In this document: piece after piece, positions 1-8,740 of the stretch
How the letters are laid out: each line of letters starts with the position of its first letter
Numbering within the stretch: the stretch's first letter is position 1
Virus record (IMG/VR): IMGVR_UViG_3300006916_000006
Span: 1-51,915 of that record
DNA length: 51,915 nucleotides
Reading direction: 5' to 3' (one strand)
Source: a virus
Lineage: Duplodnaviria > Caudoviricetes
Notes under the pieces: model-generated
The model's input: the letters and a program-made list of their open reading frames with translations, nothing else
Database searches by the model: none
Told to the model about the DNA's origin: nothing
Translations under genes and position numbers: made by a program

Positions 1-123
1 ATATATTGTAGCGGTCGAATAGCAGGCCGGTTTCGTCCGTATCATCTAAGTATTGCTCCATAGGTTCCATTTTATACCCCTTCTACACGGTTGAATTGCA
101 AGTGACTGATTGCCACCTTGTTA
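1..123. repeat. 123-bp terminal direct repeat (copy 1); indicates a circular/complete assembly
   Basis: Bases 1-123 are identical to 51793-51915. Confidence 0.97.
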
Positions 124-457
124 TGTCTGCTATGGTGCAATGTGCGTATGCATTTTGAAATTGCTCTTTTGCGTGTTCTGCATCCTCAGCCATGCAAGTG
201 AATGTGAGTGGTGCGCCGTATTCATAGCTGTGTATAATATACTCGTGTAGTGGTTTTTCAAAATCCTCACTCAAAAGATAGCTTGCGAGGATTGGCTCCT
301 CCGCAGCCCATAGCGGATATATATCGATACTAACACCATCTTGGTTGTCTGTTATATAAACCGTTCCACGCCCTTCTATATCAATAGCAATCTGCCCATC
401 ATCAAGAAAAGCGGACTCGTCAATTATAAATTGTCCTAGTTTCATTTTATCCCCCAT
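83..457 (-). CDS. hypothetical early protein
   Basis: 124-aa ORF; start overlaps the stop of 457..903; part of a co-oriented small-gene run. Confidence 0.7.
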   Translation of the reverse strand: MGDKMKLGQFIIDESAFLDDGQIAIDIEGRGTVYITDNQDGVSIDIYPLWAAEEPILASYLLSEDFEKPLHEYIIHSYEYGAPLTFTCMAEDAEHAKEQFQNAYAHCTIADITRWQSVTCNSTV

Positions 458-903
458 TATATCACGTTAAAAACTTGTAAGCCGCAATCCTCGCACGCTC
501 GCCGCCAGCCTATGCCCTCGCATTTGTCGATTGCGTCAGGTGTTAAGAACTGTTGGATTGTTTGATTGATGCGCTCGCGTTCCATACGCTCCACAAGCTC
601 CACGCTATCCAGGTTCAGGTTATATTCTCTAGCAACAGTTAGTTTCACGCTGGCTAGCTCATCATGCAAGCGCCTTTTTAGCTTCATAGCTGCCACCTGA
701 AAGCTCGCACTGTGTTTGTCGTAGCCATAGCCACCAGCTTGCCCTAGTTGCATTTCATAACCCCATATTTGAAGAAAGCAGCGCACGTTACCACTGTTGC
801 CATGTTTAAAGATGACGCGCCCGAAGTTGTCGCCGGATTCAGTGACCAGGCAATAGGCGCTAGTGTTTGCTGTTGCCTTGTCGAATGTTTTATAAATATC
901 CAT
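457..903 (-). CDS. hypothetical phage early protein (AGGYGYDK motif)
   Basis: 148 aa, AAGGA RBS, GQAGGYGYDKHSA motif reminiscent of small phage early proteins. Confidence 0.75.
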   Translation of the reverse strand: MDIYKTFDKATANTSAYCLVTESGDNFGRVIFKHGNSGNVRCFLQIWGYEMQLGQAGGYGYDKHSASFQVAAMKLKRRLHDELASVKLTVAREYNLNLDSVELVERMERERINQTIQQFLTPDAIDKCEGIGWRRACEDCGLQVFNVI

Positions 904-923
904 TTTATGTATCCTTTTTGTTG

Positions 924-1106
924 CTATTGTATTTCACGTTGAAACGCACGCGCTCTTAATTCATGTAAAAAACGCCCATGTTCTATCACGCAATTTGCCA
1001 GCTCATCACCCATTCCATAGTGACTAGCAAAGGCATCTATTGTTAAGAAATTATTAAAATAATCTAGAAACGCATCTGCTAGCGCATTGTTAAAAGTTTC
1101 ATTCAT
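924..1106 (-). CDS. hypothetical small protein
   Basis: 60 aa, AGGAG RBS upstream. Confidence 0.75.
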   Translation of the reverse strand: MNETFNNALADAFLDYFNNFLTIDAFASHYGMGDELANCVIEHGRFLHELRARAFQREIQ

Positions 1107-1130
1107 GTTATTTACTCCTAGGTTAAAAGG

Positions 1131-1307
1131 TTAATACGCGCTATCCACGGGCACGCATAACACTTGCCTGGCTTCGCGTTCGCAATATAAGTTAGGCTGG
1201 CTTGTGAACCCACCATTGATTGCATGGAATAGCGCAAGGCCACCTGCAACAATCAGTAGCAAATAAACCGTGTACGCGCTAATATATTGAGTGAGTGGTT
1301 TATCCAT
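1131..1307 (-). CDS. small single-pass membrane protein (not in ORF track)
   Basis: Hand translation MDKPLTQYISAYTVYLLLIVAGGLALFHAINGG...VDSAY, 58 aa, fills the gap between neighbours. Confidence 0.6.
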   Translation of the reverse strand: MDKPLTQYISAYTVYLLLIVAGGLALFHAINGGFTSQPNLYCEREARQVLCVPVDSAY

Positions 1308-1328
1308 TGTTTTAGCCCTTAATTTTTA

Positions 1329-1583
1329 TTAGATTAAGTATTCCGGGTGCTTATAAAATTCAGCGATATTCTCCCGGATAACATCGCGCACAACACGGAT
1401 GCCAGAAAAACAATCATACCCTTGTGGGGTAACAAACCGAGTGCCATTGTTCTTTGATATGATATAAGGGTTCCTTTTATACTCAGGGTAGTGTTCCACC
1501 GTCGCAATAAGAAGCCGCCCGGCGTCTTTATGAGTAACGTAGACACCTCTATCCCATGCATTTTTCACTATGGTTATTTTCAT
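1329..1583 (-). CDS. hypothetical protein, first gene of leftward early operon
   Basis: 84 aa, strong AAGGAG RBS in a GGCAACCAAACAAAAGGAGA leader. Confidence 0.75.
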   Translation of the reverse strand: MKITIVKNAWDRGVYVTHKDAGRLLIATVEHYPEYKRNPYIISKNNGTRFVTPQGYDCFSGIRVVRDVIRENIAEFYKHPEYLI

Positions 1584-1615
1584 TTTTTATTCTCCTTTTG
1601 TTTGGTTGCCTCTAT

Positions 1616-1644
1616 CTTATAGCGCGGCATGATTGCTTGCACAA
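1616..1644 (-). promoter_or_regulatory. sigma70-like promoter for leftward small-gene operon
   Basis: TTGTGC-N17-TATAAG followed by the GGCAACC leader shared with other promoters. Confidence 0.5.
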
Positions 1645-1742
1645 GTGAAAAAATGCAATTTTTCACTCTTTTTCTGTAAGTGTTTGAAAATAAAGCAATA
1701 AAACTTTTATTGAGAAAAAAGATGCTTTCTTTCACTTTTTGC

Positions 1743-1771
1743 TTGCAAGCTGTTTTGTTTCATGGTAAAAT
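1743..1771 (+). promoter_or_regulatory. sigma70-like promoter pointing into the repeat region
   Basis: TTGCAA-N17-TAAAAT with TG extension. Confidence 0.45.
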
Positions 1772-1905
1772 CACGCTAGGCCGAGTGCAACCGAGGCAGA
1801 AGGAACCAGATACCTCTTATCAACAAAAAATGTTGAAAAAGTGTCACCGGAGTCACCACCCCTGCGCGTTTTTTAAAAGTTAATTTTTCGTTAATTTGTA
1901 GGATG

Positions 1906-2057
1906 CCCGTCGCAAATTTGCTACAAAGCCCGTTGCAATTTTTCATAATTACTACCGAACCCGTCCAAAATTTGCTGCAAAGCCCGTTCGAGTTTTTCAT
2001 AAACGCTACCGAACCCGTCGCAAATTTTCATGATTGCTTGTTCGCCCGTCCAAAATT
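1906..2057. repeat. imperfect 54-bp tandem repeat with six CCCGT-core subunits (iteron-like)
   Basis: Units start at 1906, 1960 and 2014 (period 54); CCCGT cores at 1906, 1929, 1960, 1983, 2014, 2045. Confidence 0.85.
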
Positions 2058-2148
2058 CTTGTAGAATGTGTCTGTGTGGTGTTCAGGAGGCTCAGGGGTG
2101 CGTTTAAAGCATTTTTATGTACCCCTGCACTCAAGACACCCCCTTTCG

Positions 2149-2784
2149 TCAATTATGAGGCTTCTGAGGGCTTTTCTGCTTTGAAGCAATCATCGCAGCC
2201 ATGAGCGTATCAAAATCTGGCTCATCTTCTGCGTTGGTAATGTTGTCGCCGGCAATGGCATCTGGCGTAGGCGCGTGGGTGCTGTCGCCGTTAGGCATGG
2301 ACTCAGATGGTGATTGCTGGCGTTCAGAAGGCTCAGGAGAGGCATTTGGGGTGGTTTGGGTGTGGGGAGTGCCTGGAGCAAGTCCTGATGCCTGTAGGAT
2401 GGAATTAATCTCGTCTGTGAACTCAGCAGAAACGCTCAGGGACATATTCGCAGTCTTATGCACGCCCCCGTGTTCGAGTTCGTTGTACAGGATTTTGAAC
2501 GCAGACGTGTCGCCCTCAAGGGATTTCTTAATCTGTGCAGCCAGCATCGCGTCAATAATGGCCATCTGACCATGAGCGGTCGTCGCAGGGGCCAACACCA
2601 TACGCGCCAAACGCTCAGAGGGCTTCGTGGGGGACGCATTGGGGGTTCCAGATAGCTGGGGGCTTTGGGGGTCAGAAACCCAATGGTCAAACGTCTGAGC
2701 GTCAATAGCAGCGAGTGCGTAGTCGTAGATGGAAGGTTCTGTTGTCATAACACGCATCATATCGGATTGCCGCGTGGGAATCAA
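2149..2784 (-). CDS. putative terminase small subunit (start uncertain)
   Basis: AQIKKSLEGDTSAFKILYNELE resembles the 'KAxxGDxxAxK' segment of TerS/DUF5681-like proteins; same strand as and upstream of terL on the circular map; acidic disordered tail. Confidence 0.5.
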   Translation of the reverse strand: MIPTRQSDMMRVMTTEPSIYDYALAAIDAQTFDHWVSDPQSPQLSGTPNASPTKPSERLARMVLAPATTAHGQMAIIDAMLAAQIKKSLEGDTSAFKILYNELEHGGVHKTANMSLSVSAEFTDEINSILQASGLAPGTPHTQTTPNASPEPSERQQSPSESMPNGDSTHAPTPDAIAGDNITNAEDEPDFDTLMAAMIASKQKSPQKPHN

Positions 2785-2978
2785 ACCGGCGGTAGCCTTA
2801 TCGGCGCGTTGGGCATTAGGTAGGTGGGGGTCAAAGAAAACACGAATCCCCCTCGCAGGTTCTCATCACAAAAAACCAACACGCTCCCCCTCGACTCCGG
2901 CTTAACAAAAATCACTCCTGCAATACCCATAGGTTGTAAAAGTCGCAAAAACCCAAAAACTGTCCCAAAATGAGACAA

Positions 2979-3297
2979 CTGACCACATGTCATACTAGTG
3001 GCACACCAGTGGTCAGGTCCAAAAAGCCCCTAGAGTTAGATTTTTCTCTTATATTTCAATATCAATTTCTGTACCTGGTCAAGTGGTATACCAATTTTTG
3101 AAACTTCTAATATAATGCTTTCTAACAGGGCTTACTGTGCTATATATATCACACCCCCTTCTCTACACCCCTAAATACCAACTTATTAGGTTTTATCTAT
3201 ACCACTTGGGCAGCTAGCATAATCAACATTGAAAAAGAATCATTTTTTCTCATTCCGCACCCAAAAAATATCTGACCACTACCCTACCAGTGGTCAG
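2979..3297. repeat. nested inverted repeats in divergent intergenic region (origin candidate)
   Basis: CTGACCAC/GTGGTCAG 2979-3016; CTGACCACT/AGTGGTCAG 3272-3297; CAAGTGGTATA 3080-3090 versus TATACCACTTG 3198-3208. Confidence 0.7.
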
Positions 3298-3311
3298 CCA
3301 CCAAAAAACAT

Positions 3312-3351
3312 GAAAAAACTTCTTGATACCAAAAACACCCCATGTTAAAAT
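3312..3351 (+). promoter_or_regulatory. sigma70-like promoter with adjacent GAAR-N3-YTTC site
   Basis: GAAAAAACTTC (3312-3322), then TTGATA-N17-TAAAAT. Confidence 0.6.
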
Positions 3352-4082
3352 CATATCACCTAAGCAACCCACAACCTATAAGCGAGTATGACCCCATGCA
3401 TCCAAGCCTCACAAACATCCCCACAATAGAAATACCGATGTTCACTTCGCGCCCAAAAGCCACATCACCCACACTGGGGGATATAATAGAAGAGTTAATG
3501 ACATTGCCTTTGCGAACTCCAACCGCATACTTCATGTATGCACCATCACTAACAGTGTCTGACACCAACAACACACCCCGCACCAACACCACCCCCAACA
3601 CACCCAACACCCAAGGCACACCAGAGCAAAACCCTTATTTACTGACGCCCTCACTCCTACCCACACTCCCACTAAGCCCGGAGCCTTTGGCCAACAGCCG
3701 CCGTCAGTACCCTTTACTCAATGACATATGCTGCTACCTCCTTGCCCACTCATCATCCAGTGGCAATTCCTTAACCACTGCGTACCCCCTCTTCGTCAAT
3801 GAGCGCCGCCGCCAGCCTTCTCCGGCGCTGAACTCTCACAGAATGTTTGAACTAACCCAGAAAGTCATCTACGTTGATCTCCCCCATGGCACAAATCGTA
3901 CCCGGAGAAAATTAGCTATGTGTTTATATCTTGTCTCGCGTTTTGCAGCTCCCCCACGGGTGGGCAGTCTGGCGTGGAAAGAATCTCAGAATTTGATGAA
4001 TTGGTTACGGCGAGCGTCTGTGCCTAATGAGAGCGATGGGCGATATAAGAACTCCCCCGCCACCAATATTACCCCCGCCTAG
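3342..4082 (+). CDS. hypothetical Pro/Thr-rich protein (true start probably downstream, near 3397)
   Basis: 246-aa ORF before the primase; the annotated ATG lies inside the promoter. Confidence 0.55.
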   Translation: MLKSYHLSNPQPISEYDPMHPSLTNIPTIEIPMFTSRPKATSPTLGDIIEELMTLPLRTPTAYFMYAPSLTVSDTNNTPRTNTTPNTPNTQGTPEQNPYLLTPSLLPTLPLSPEPLANSRRQYPLLNDICCYLLAHSSSSGNSLTTAYPLFVNERRRQPSPALNSHRMFELTQKVIYVDLPHGTNRTRRKLAMCLYLVSRFAAPPRVGSLAWKESQNLMNWLRRASVPNESDGRYKNSPATNITPA

Positions 4083-4139
4083 CCGCCAACATTACCAAAA
4101 CACACCACCTACAACCCAAACCACAAAGGCACTGCAACC

Positions 4140-7100
4140 ATGCCCTACAAAATCCCACAACCCCCTCTACTCTTCCCGGCACTGACGCCAAAGACATTCT
4201 ATGACTTAAATTGGAATCCATTCCCTGTTCACCCCCCATCATCCCCCGTCTATGAGAACCCCAAGCGCGTCCCTGCCGCAGTCATTAAACATTGCACAAC
4301 GACACCTGCGTCAAACCTACTTCCCCCTGAAGACCAACACCCCTATGAACCTCACTCACTTGTGGGCAAACTGCCCGCCATAGCTGGCTGGCGTGGCAGA
4401 CCCAAACCTGCGGCCTTTATTCCATCTCATTACACTCAGCCACAACCCATGAACATTGGCCTTAATCTGCCAAAGACCATCCTTGTCCTCGACGTCGATA
4501 ATCATAATCCTGACCCACAAAATCCCTCAGAGCCAAACCAGAACCTCCGGCAACTCTGTGAAGACCTTAGCTTAAACGAAGACTATCTGACCCACGTTAA
4601 AACCAAAGACGAAGCGCGTAATGCGACGTGGTTACAATACCTCCTCTCTAATGATTCCCCATCACGCCAGGGGCAACTGCCCGACCACTTCCTGCGTGCC
4701 ATCACTGACCCTAACCTCCACACACCCCCAACACCCCACCCTGCGAAAGCCCACGGTGCGTCATGGGGGTCCTCTTTCTATAAACGTAATCCCATCCCTG
4801 ATGACCTCACAGACGAACACGGTCTTCCTGTCACTGCCCTTGACCTTATGACCCCCTACCGTGTCTTAACCGGCAGCAAACCTCACCCCGGCACACATCT
4901 GGCCTTTCGTATCCCCGCCGAGAAAGCCACACAAATTCGCAAGAATCTCAAATCCTACCCCGGCATTGATTTTCTCAATTACAAATCCATGATACTAGCG
5001 CCAGGTTCTGTCCACCGTAGCAACAACTATTACACCCCATGCCCACTCAACTTCACACCCCCCTGCGAAGACAACCTCATTGGCATCCTTCAATACTTCC
5101 GGGCGTCCCTACCCTTCGATAAGGCTGTCAAACTCAAACCTGAGAAACTTCAGCGTATCCGTGAGACTGAGCCTGAACTATGGCAGAAACTCTGCGACAC
5201 TTACCTACCCCTCCTACACGCTTACACAGCGAGGTTAATGTTATCCTGGACACCACAAGCCCCCGCAGCTCTGTTAAACGTCCTGACAAACAATTATACC
5301 CCACGGCAGTTCCTATTCCCTAAAGGGTTGTCCCCGACCCCCCATGCCTCCACCCTCAGCGACCCAAACACCTCTGACAGCGCCAACCCCCCTATCTATG
5401 AAACACCTGAGTCTATTGATGACCTCTTATCTATCTACCATAACTCCACAGAAACCCCTTATGACACAGACGAAGATGACCCTGAGAATCATGCGACCGC
5501 AGAAGACCTCTTCAAACACGACCCACGCACACACACAGAGGCCACACAACTCTGTAAAACCCACCCTGCGGCCATAGAAGGGTGTGGGGGTAATTTAACA
5601 ACCTTCACACTTGCGGCCAGACTTAACGACCTTCACCTCCATCCCGACACCGCGATGGAACTAATGGAAATCTGGTACAACCCACGTTGCGAGCCACCGT
5701 GGGACTCAACCGAACTTGAGCAAATCATTATCAATGCCTACACCTATTGCCACCGCAAACCTGAGACGGCAAAGCAAACCATCGACCGCCTTTTCCGCGA
5801 GGCCAGAGAACTTGCGGCCTTAACCCAGGAAGCAGAGACCACCACACTGACCAAAGAACAGGCCACACAATCCTCTGCGGATGAATTTGACACCCTCATG
5901 TCTCAATTCATTAAAGACAATGAAAAACTGTCCCCTGTGCCAACGCCCACGCCCACACAGCCCTCTACCCCTGTCCAAACCGCAAAAGAAGAACCCGCAG
6001 AAGAGCCTACCGGTGCGCCCATCACGCAACTGACACCCAAAGAGCGCCCTGACACAGACATACCCCTCTTACCAAACATCCCGCCGTCAGACCTGTACCC
6101 AAAATCATCCCCCGACTCCGGCAAGACCATTTATAGTTTCATGCCTTTAGATGGCCAGCCACACCCAGCAGGGAATCCTCAGACCCGTGTCCCAACAAAA
6201 GACAAGCGCCTTGAAATCTTCAATGAGTATTCTGGCCATCAGACACGGGCAGATATTGAAGAACAACTTGAGTCTGAACGGCGTACATGGATGAACGAAG
6301 TCGAGATCATCACCGATGAAAAGTCCGGTGCGACACGACTCAACCCTGCGCGTAAACTTAAAAATATTTCCCTCTTTTTGACACACCTCGAAGAGTTCCA
6401 GGGATTATTGTCTTATTCAACCTTTGCAAACCAAATCATCGTCACGCGTCCATCACCCATCTTTACAAATCGGATACCCGAACTCTGCCCTCGTAACGCC
6501 AAAAATTTCCCTCACCATATCGGCGTACCCCTCGACGACCGTATTGAAAGCATCATGAAGTCCTACCTTGAGCGTTACTCTCAATTCGGCCTTGATGACC
6601 AAATGCGCGACAGTCTCCTCTATAATGGTATCAGCGTAGGCAAAGACCAATTCACTGAAGCTGTACAAATGGCAGCCTATGCAAACCCATCTCATCCTGT
6701 TAGAGACTACGCCCTTGAGTGTCTTCTCAAATGGGACGGTGAGACACGTTTATTTGATTGGTTGCCTCAGATTGCCAACACAAAAACAGACATCTACACC
6801 CGCGAGACTGGCGCACTTATGATTCAGGCCATCATTGCGCGTGCGTTTAACCCAGGCCACAAGTTTGACTACATGTTTGTCCTCGACGGGGAAGAAGGTG
6901 TGCGGAAGTCAACTTTGTGCCGTACCTTGGCAATACGCCCTGAATGGTTCAAAGAATCTTCTATGGACATTGAAGACCCAAAAAACATCATGGAACAGAC
7001 GCAGTCCTCTCTCGTGGTGGAAATGCCCGAACTTGTGGGGATGTATAAACGTGAAATTGAAGCCATGAAACATTTTATCACCACCACCAGCGACCACGGC

Positions 7101-7787
7101 AGACCTGCGTATGCCAGATATGCAACGACCATCAAACGTCAGTTCATTCTTTTCGGTACAACCAACGACACTCAATATCTGAGCGACTCTTCTGGCAAGA
7201 ATCGTCGGTTCATCCCAGTCAACATCCCCCAAATTATGGACACAACCCGACTACAACACATCATGCCCCAACTCATAGGTGAGGCTCTGTGGCATTACCT
7301 CTTAGTGCGGAAAGAGTCTCGCCGCCGCCGGACAGACTTTGCAAATTACGAACTTGTCCTGTCCCAAGGCGCAGATGAGATTGCATCAAACCTGCGAAAA
7401 GACCGGCTTATACAAGATGACCGGTTCCACCAGATTGAGCCATGGTTAAACGGCGACGGCACACCAGAAGACTTCACCTGGCCAGCGCCGACGATTTACA
7501 ACCGCGAGAACAATCTTGTCTATGCTATCGACACTCAGACAATTGCGCGTGTTTTATTCCGCATGACCATGCGCGAAGTCAACCCCAAAGCCCAGCGAGA
7601 AATTAAAAGCCTCATGACCGGCCACGGCTGGAAACATGAGCGTATCCAATACCAGAAACAACGCCTCAGAATGTTCATACGCCCCAACAGCGAGAGAGAG
7701 CGTCACCTTTACGGTGTTCAAACCATTGAAGGGAAGTCCTATGATATGACCGGGAAAGTCGTCGAGGCAAAAAGTGCTACTAAATAA
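4140..7787 (+). CDS. bifunctional primase-polymerase (Prim-Pol + PriCT) fused to VirE/VapE-type ATPase/helicase
   Basis: Prim-Pol motifs NIGL..ILVLDVD, TGS..GTHLAF, GIDF..ILAPGSVH; PriCT-like EGCGGNLTTF..RCEPPWD..EL; VirE motifs PGHKFDYMFVLDGEEGVRKST, RPAYAR, FGTTND, NRRF. Confidence 0.88.
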   Translation: MPYKIPQPPLLFPALTPKTFYDLNWNPFPVHPPSSPVYENPKRVPAAVIKHCTTTPASNLLPPEDQHPYEPHSLVGKLPAIAGWRGRPKPAAFIPSHYTQPQPMNIGLNLPKTILVLDVDNHNPDPQNPSEPNQNLRQLCEDLSLNEDYLTHVKTKDEARNATWLQYLLSNDSPSRQGQLPDHFLRAITDPNLHTPPTPHPAKAHGASWGSSFYKRNPIPDDLTDEHGLPVTALDLMTPYRVLTGSKPHPGTHLAFRIPAEKATQIRKNLKSYPGIDFLNYKSMILAPGSVHRSNNYYTPCPLNFTPPCEDNLIGILQYFRASLPFDKAVKLKPEKLQRIRETEPELWQKLCDTYLPLLHAYTARLMLSWTPQAPAALLNVLTNNYTPRQFLFPKGLSPTPHASTLSDPNTSDSANPPIYETPESIDDLLSIYHNSTETPYDTDEDDPENHATAEDLFKHDPRTHTEATQLCKTHPAAIEGCGGNLTTFTLAARLNDLHLHPDTAMELMEIWYNPRCEPPWDSTELEQIIINAYTYCHRKPETAKQTIDRLFREARELAALTQEAETTTLTKEQATQSSADEFDTLMSQFIKDNEKLSPVPTPTPTQPSTPVQTAKEEPAEEPTGAPITQLTPKERPDTDIPLLPNIPPSDLYPKSSPDSGKTIYSFMPLDGQPHPAGNPQTRVPTKDKRLEIFNEYSGHQTRADIEEQLESERRTWMNEVEIITDEKSGATRLNPARKLKNISLFLTHLEEFQGLLSYSTFANQIIVTRPSPIFTNRIPELCPRNAKNFPHHIGVPLDDRIESIMKSYLERYSQFGLDDQMRDSLLYNGISVGKDQFTEAVQMAAYANPSHPVRDYALECLLKWDGETRLFDWLPQIANTKTDIYTRETGALMIQAIIARAFNPGHKFDYMFVLDGEEGVRKSTLCRTLAIRPEWFKESSMDIEDPKNIMEQTQSSLVVEMPELVGMYKREIEAMKHFITTTSDHGRPAYARYATTIKRQFILFGTTNDTQYLSDSSGKNRRFIPVNIPQIMDTTRLQHIMPQLIGEALWHYLLVRKESRRRRTDFANYELVLSQGADEIASNLRKDRLIQDDRFHQIEPWLNGDGTPEDFTWPAPTIYNRENNLVYAIDTQTIARVLFRMTMREVNPKAQREIKSLMTGHGWKHERIQYQKQRLRMFIRPNSERERHLYGVQTIEGKSYDMTGKVVEAKSATK

Positions 7788-7814
7788 AAAATCACTTATC
7801 CCCAAAATTACTTG

Positions 7815-7844
7815 TTGACAAAGGTGAAGTAACTTCGTTATACT
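7815..7844 (+). promoter_or_regulatory. sigma70-like promoter with palindromic operator in the spacer
   Basis: TTGACA-N18-TATACT; GAAGTAACTTC at 7826-7836. Confidence 0.8.
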
Positions 7845-7881
7845 ATAGAGGCAACCAACCATTAACACATAGGAGTTTATC

Positions 7882-8193
7882 ATGGATGCAAACATTATCA
7901 CTCAGACCAACACACCTGTACTTCAGGGCGACAATGCTACGAAAGCATTAGAGTCTCTGGCACGCAAATACGCTGAAGTCAAAGAAATCGAGCGTCAGGT
8001 AAAGCTGGAACTGTCCAGCCTCAAAGACCAGATCCTTGACATCGTAGGCGAAGGCAATGAAGCAGTGGCAGGTGAGTTTCGTATTCAACACAAAACCTTC
8101 ATCACCAAGCGTAAAGTGCCAACCACTTATACGATTGAAGAAACACCGTCCTCACGTTTCGATGTAAAATACGTCGGACGTGCCGGACAGTAA
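7882..8193 (+). CDS. hypothetical coiled-coil protein
   Basis: 103 aa, AGGAG RBS, directly after the promoter. Confidence 0.8.
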   Translation: MDANIITQTNTPVLQGDNATKALESLARKYAEVKEIERQVKLELSSLKDQILDIVGEGNEAVAGEFRIQHKTFITKRKVPTTYTIEETPSSRFDVKYVGRAGQ

Positions 8194-8199
8194 ACCAAC

Positions 8200-8303
8200 A
8201 CTGAGAGGCAGAATTCGGACGTTGACGGGGTGCAACGTAGCATACCAAGTGATTCTCATAGGGCGCTCTCTCAGTCTGAAGGTAAAACCCGCGAAAGAAT
8301 CAC
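8200..8303 (+). ncRNA. candidate structured (pseudoknotted) intergenic RNA
   Basis: Complementary pairs 8200-8207/8268-8275, 8219-8224/8233-8238 and 8249-8256/8296-8303 (crossing). Confidence 0.35.
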
Positions 8304-8327
8304 ACCACCCCACCAAATTTAACAGTA

Positions 8328-8708
8328 ATGGATCAAGACATGTGGGTTAGCAAAAAACGAATGGAAGAGATTGAAGGGCGCCTTGCAGAGTGTGAGAGGC
8401 AGGACGACCTACTTAAAAAGAGCGTGCGACACCTCCGAGGCAAAGTCGCCATCTGTGAGTGTCCCTTCAAGGAAGGAGATTTAGTGCATGTTAAAAAGTC
8501 GTATGGCACGTTTAATGGCGAGGTCATTGAAGTCTGCCAATCTTCAGACCCCGGCCCGATACGTCCAGTGCCGCGAGTTTTCATCCCCGGAGAAGGTCAC
8601 GCGTTCTTTGTTCGCAGTGGCTCACAATATGTTTTGATGCCAAAACCATCAACAATCAATCGGGGTGTAACCCTTCACGCAGGTCATGTTGACCGCGCAG
8701 AAGACTAA
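8328..8708 (+). CDS. hypothetical protein
   Basis: 126-aa ORF, coiled coil followed by a KOW/SH3-like 'FKEGDLVHV' segment. Confidence 0.65.
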   Translation: MDQDMWVSKKRMEEIEGRLAECERQDDLLKKSVRHLRGKVAICECPFKEGDLVHVKKSYGTFNGEVIEVCQSSDPGPIRPVPRVFIPGEGHAFFVRSGSQYVLMPKPSTINRGVTLHAGHVDRAED

Positions 8709-8740
8709 ACAGACAGATTTTAGCAATAAAGGATTATATT

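Noticed and set aside
1-123. Terminal repeat as a biological direct terminal repeat
   Set aside because: It starts inside one ORF and ends inside another, which fits an assembler overlap of a circular contig; real termini cannot be inferred without reads.
1680-2000. ORFs 1680..1883, 1776..2000, 2781..2993 and 51244..51516
   Set aside because: They run through promoter or repeat DNA, translate the repeats, and have no convincing RBS.
1906-2057. Repeats here and at 51063-51202 as mini CRISPR arrays
   Set aside because: The units are degenerate tandem repeats without identical repeats separated by unique spacers.
8249-8303. Hammerhead or HDV ribozyme call
   Set aside because: CTGAAGG does not fit CUGANGA with valid stems I and II, and the HDV P3/L3/P1.1 consensus is missing; kept only as an unclassified structured RNA candidate.
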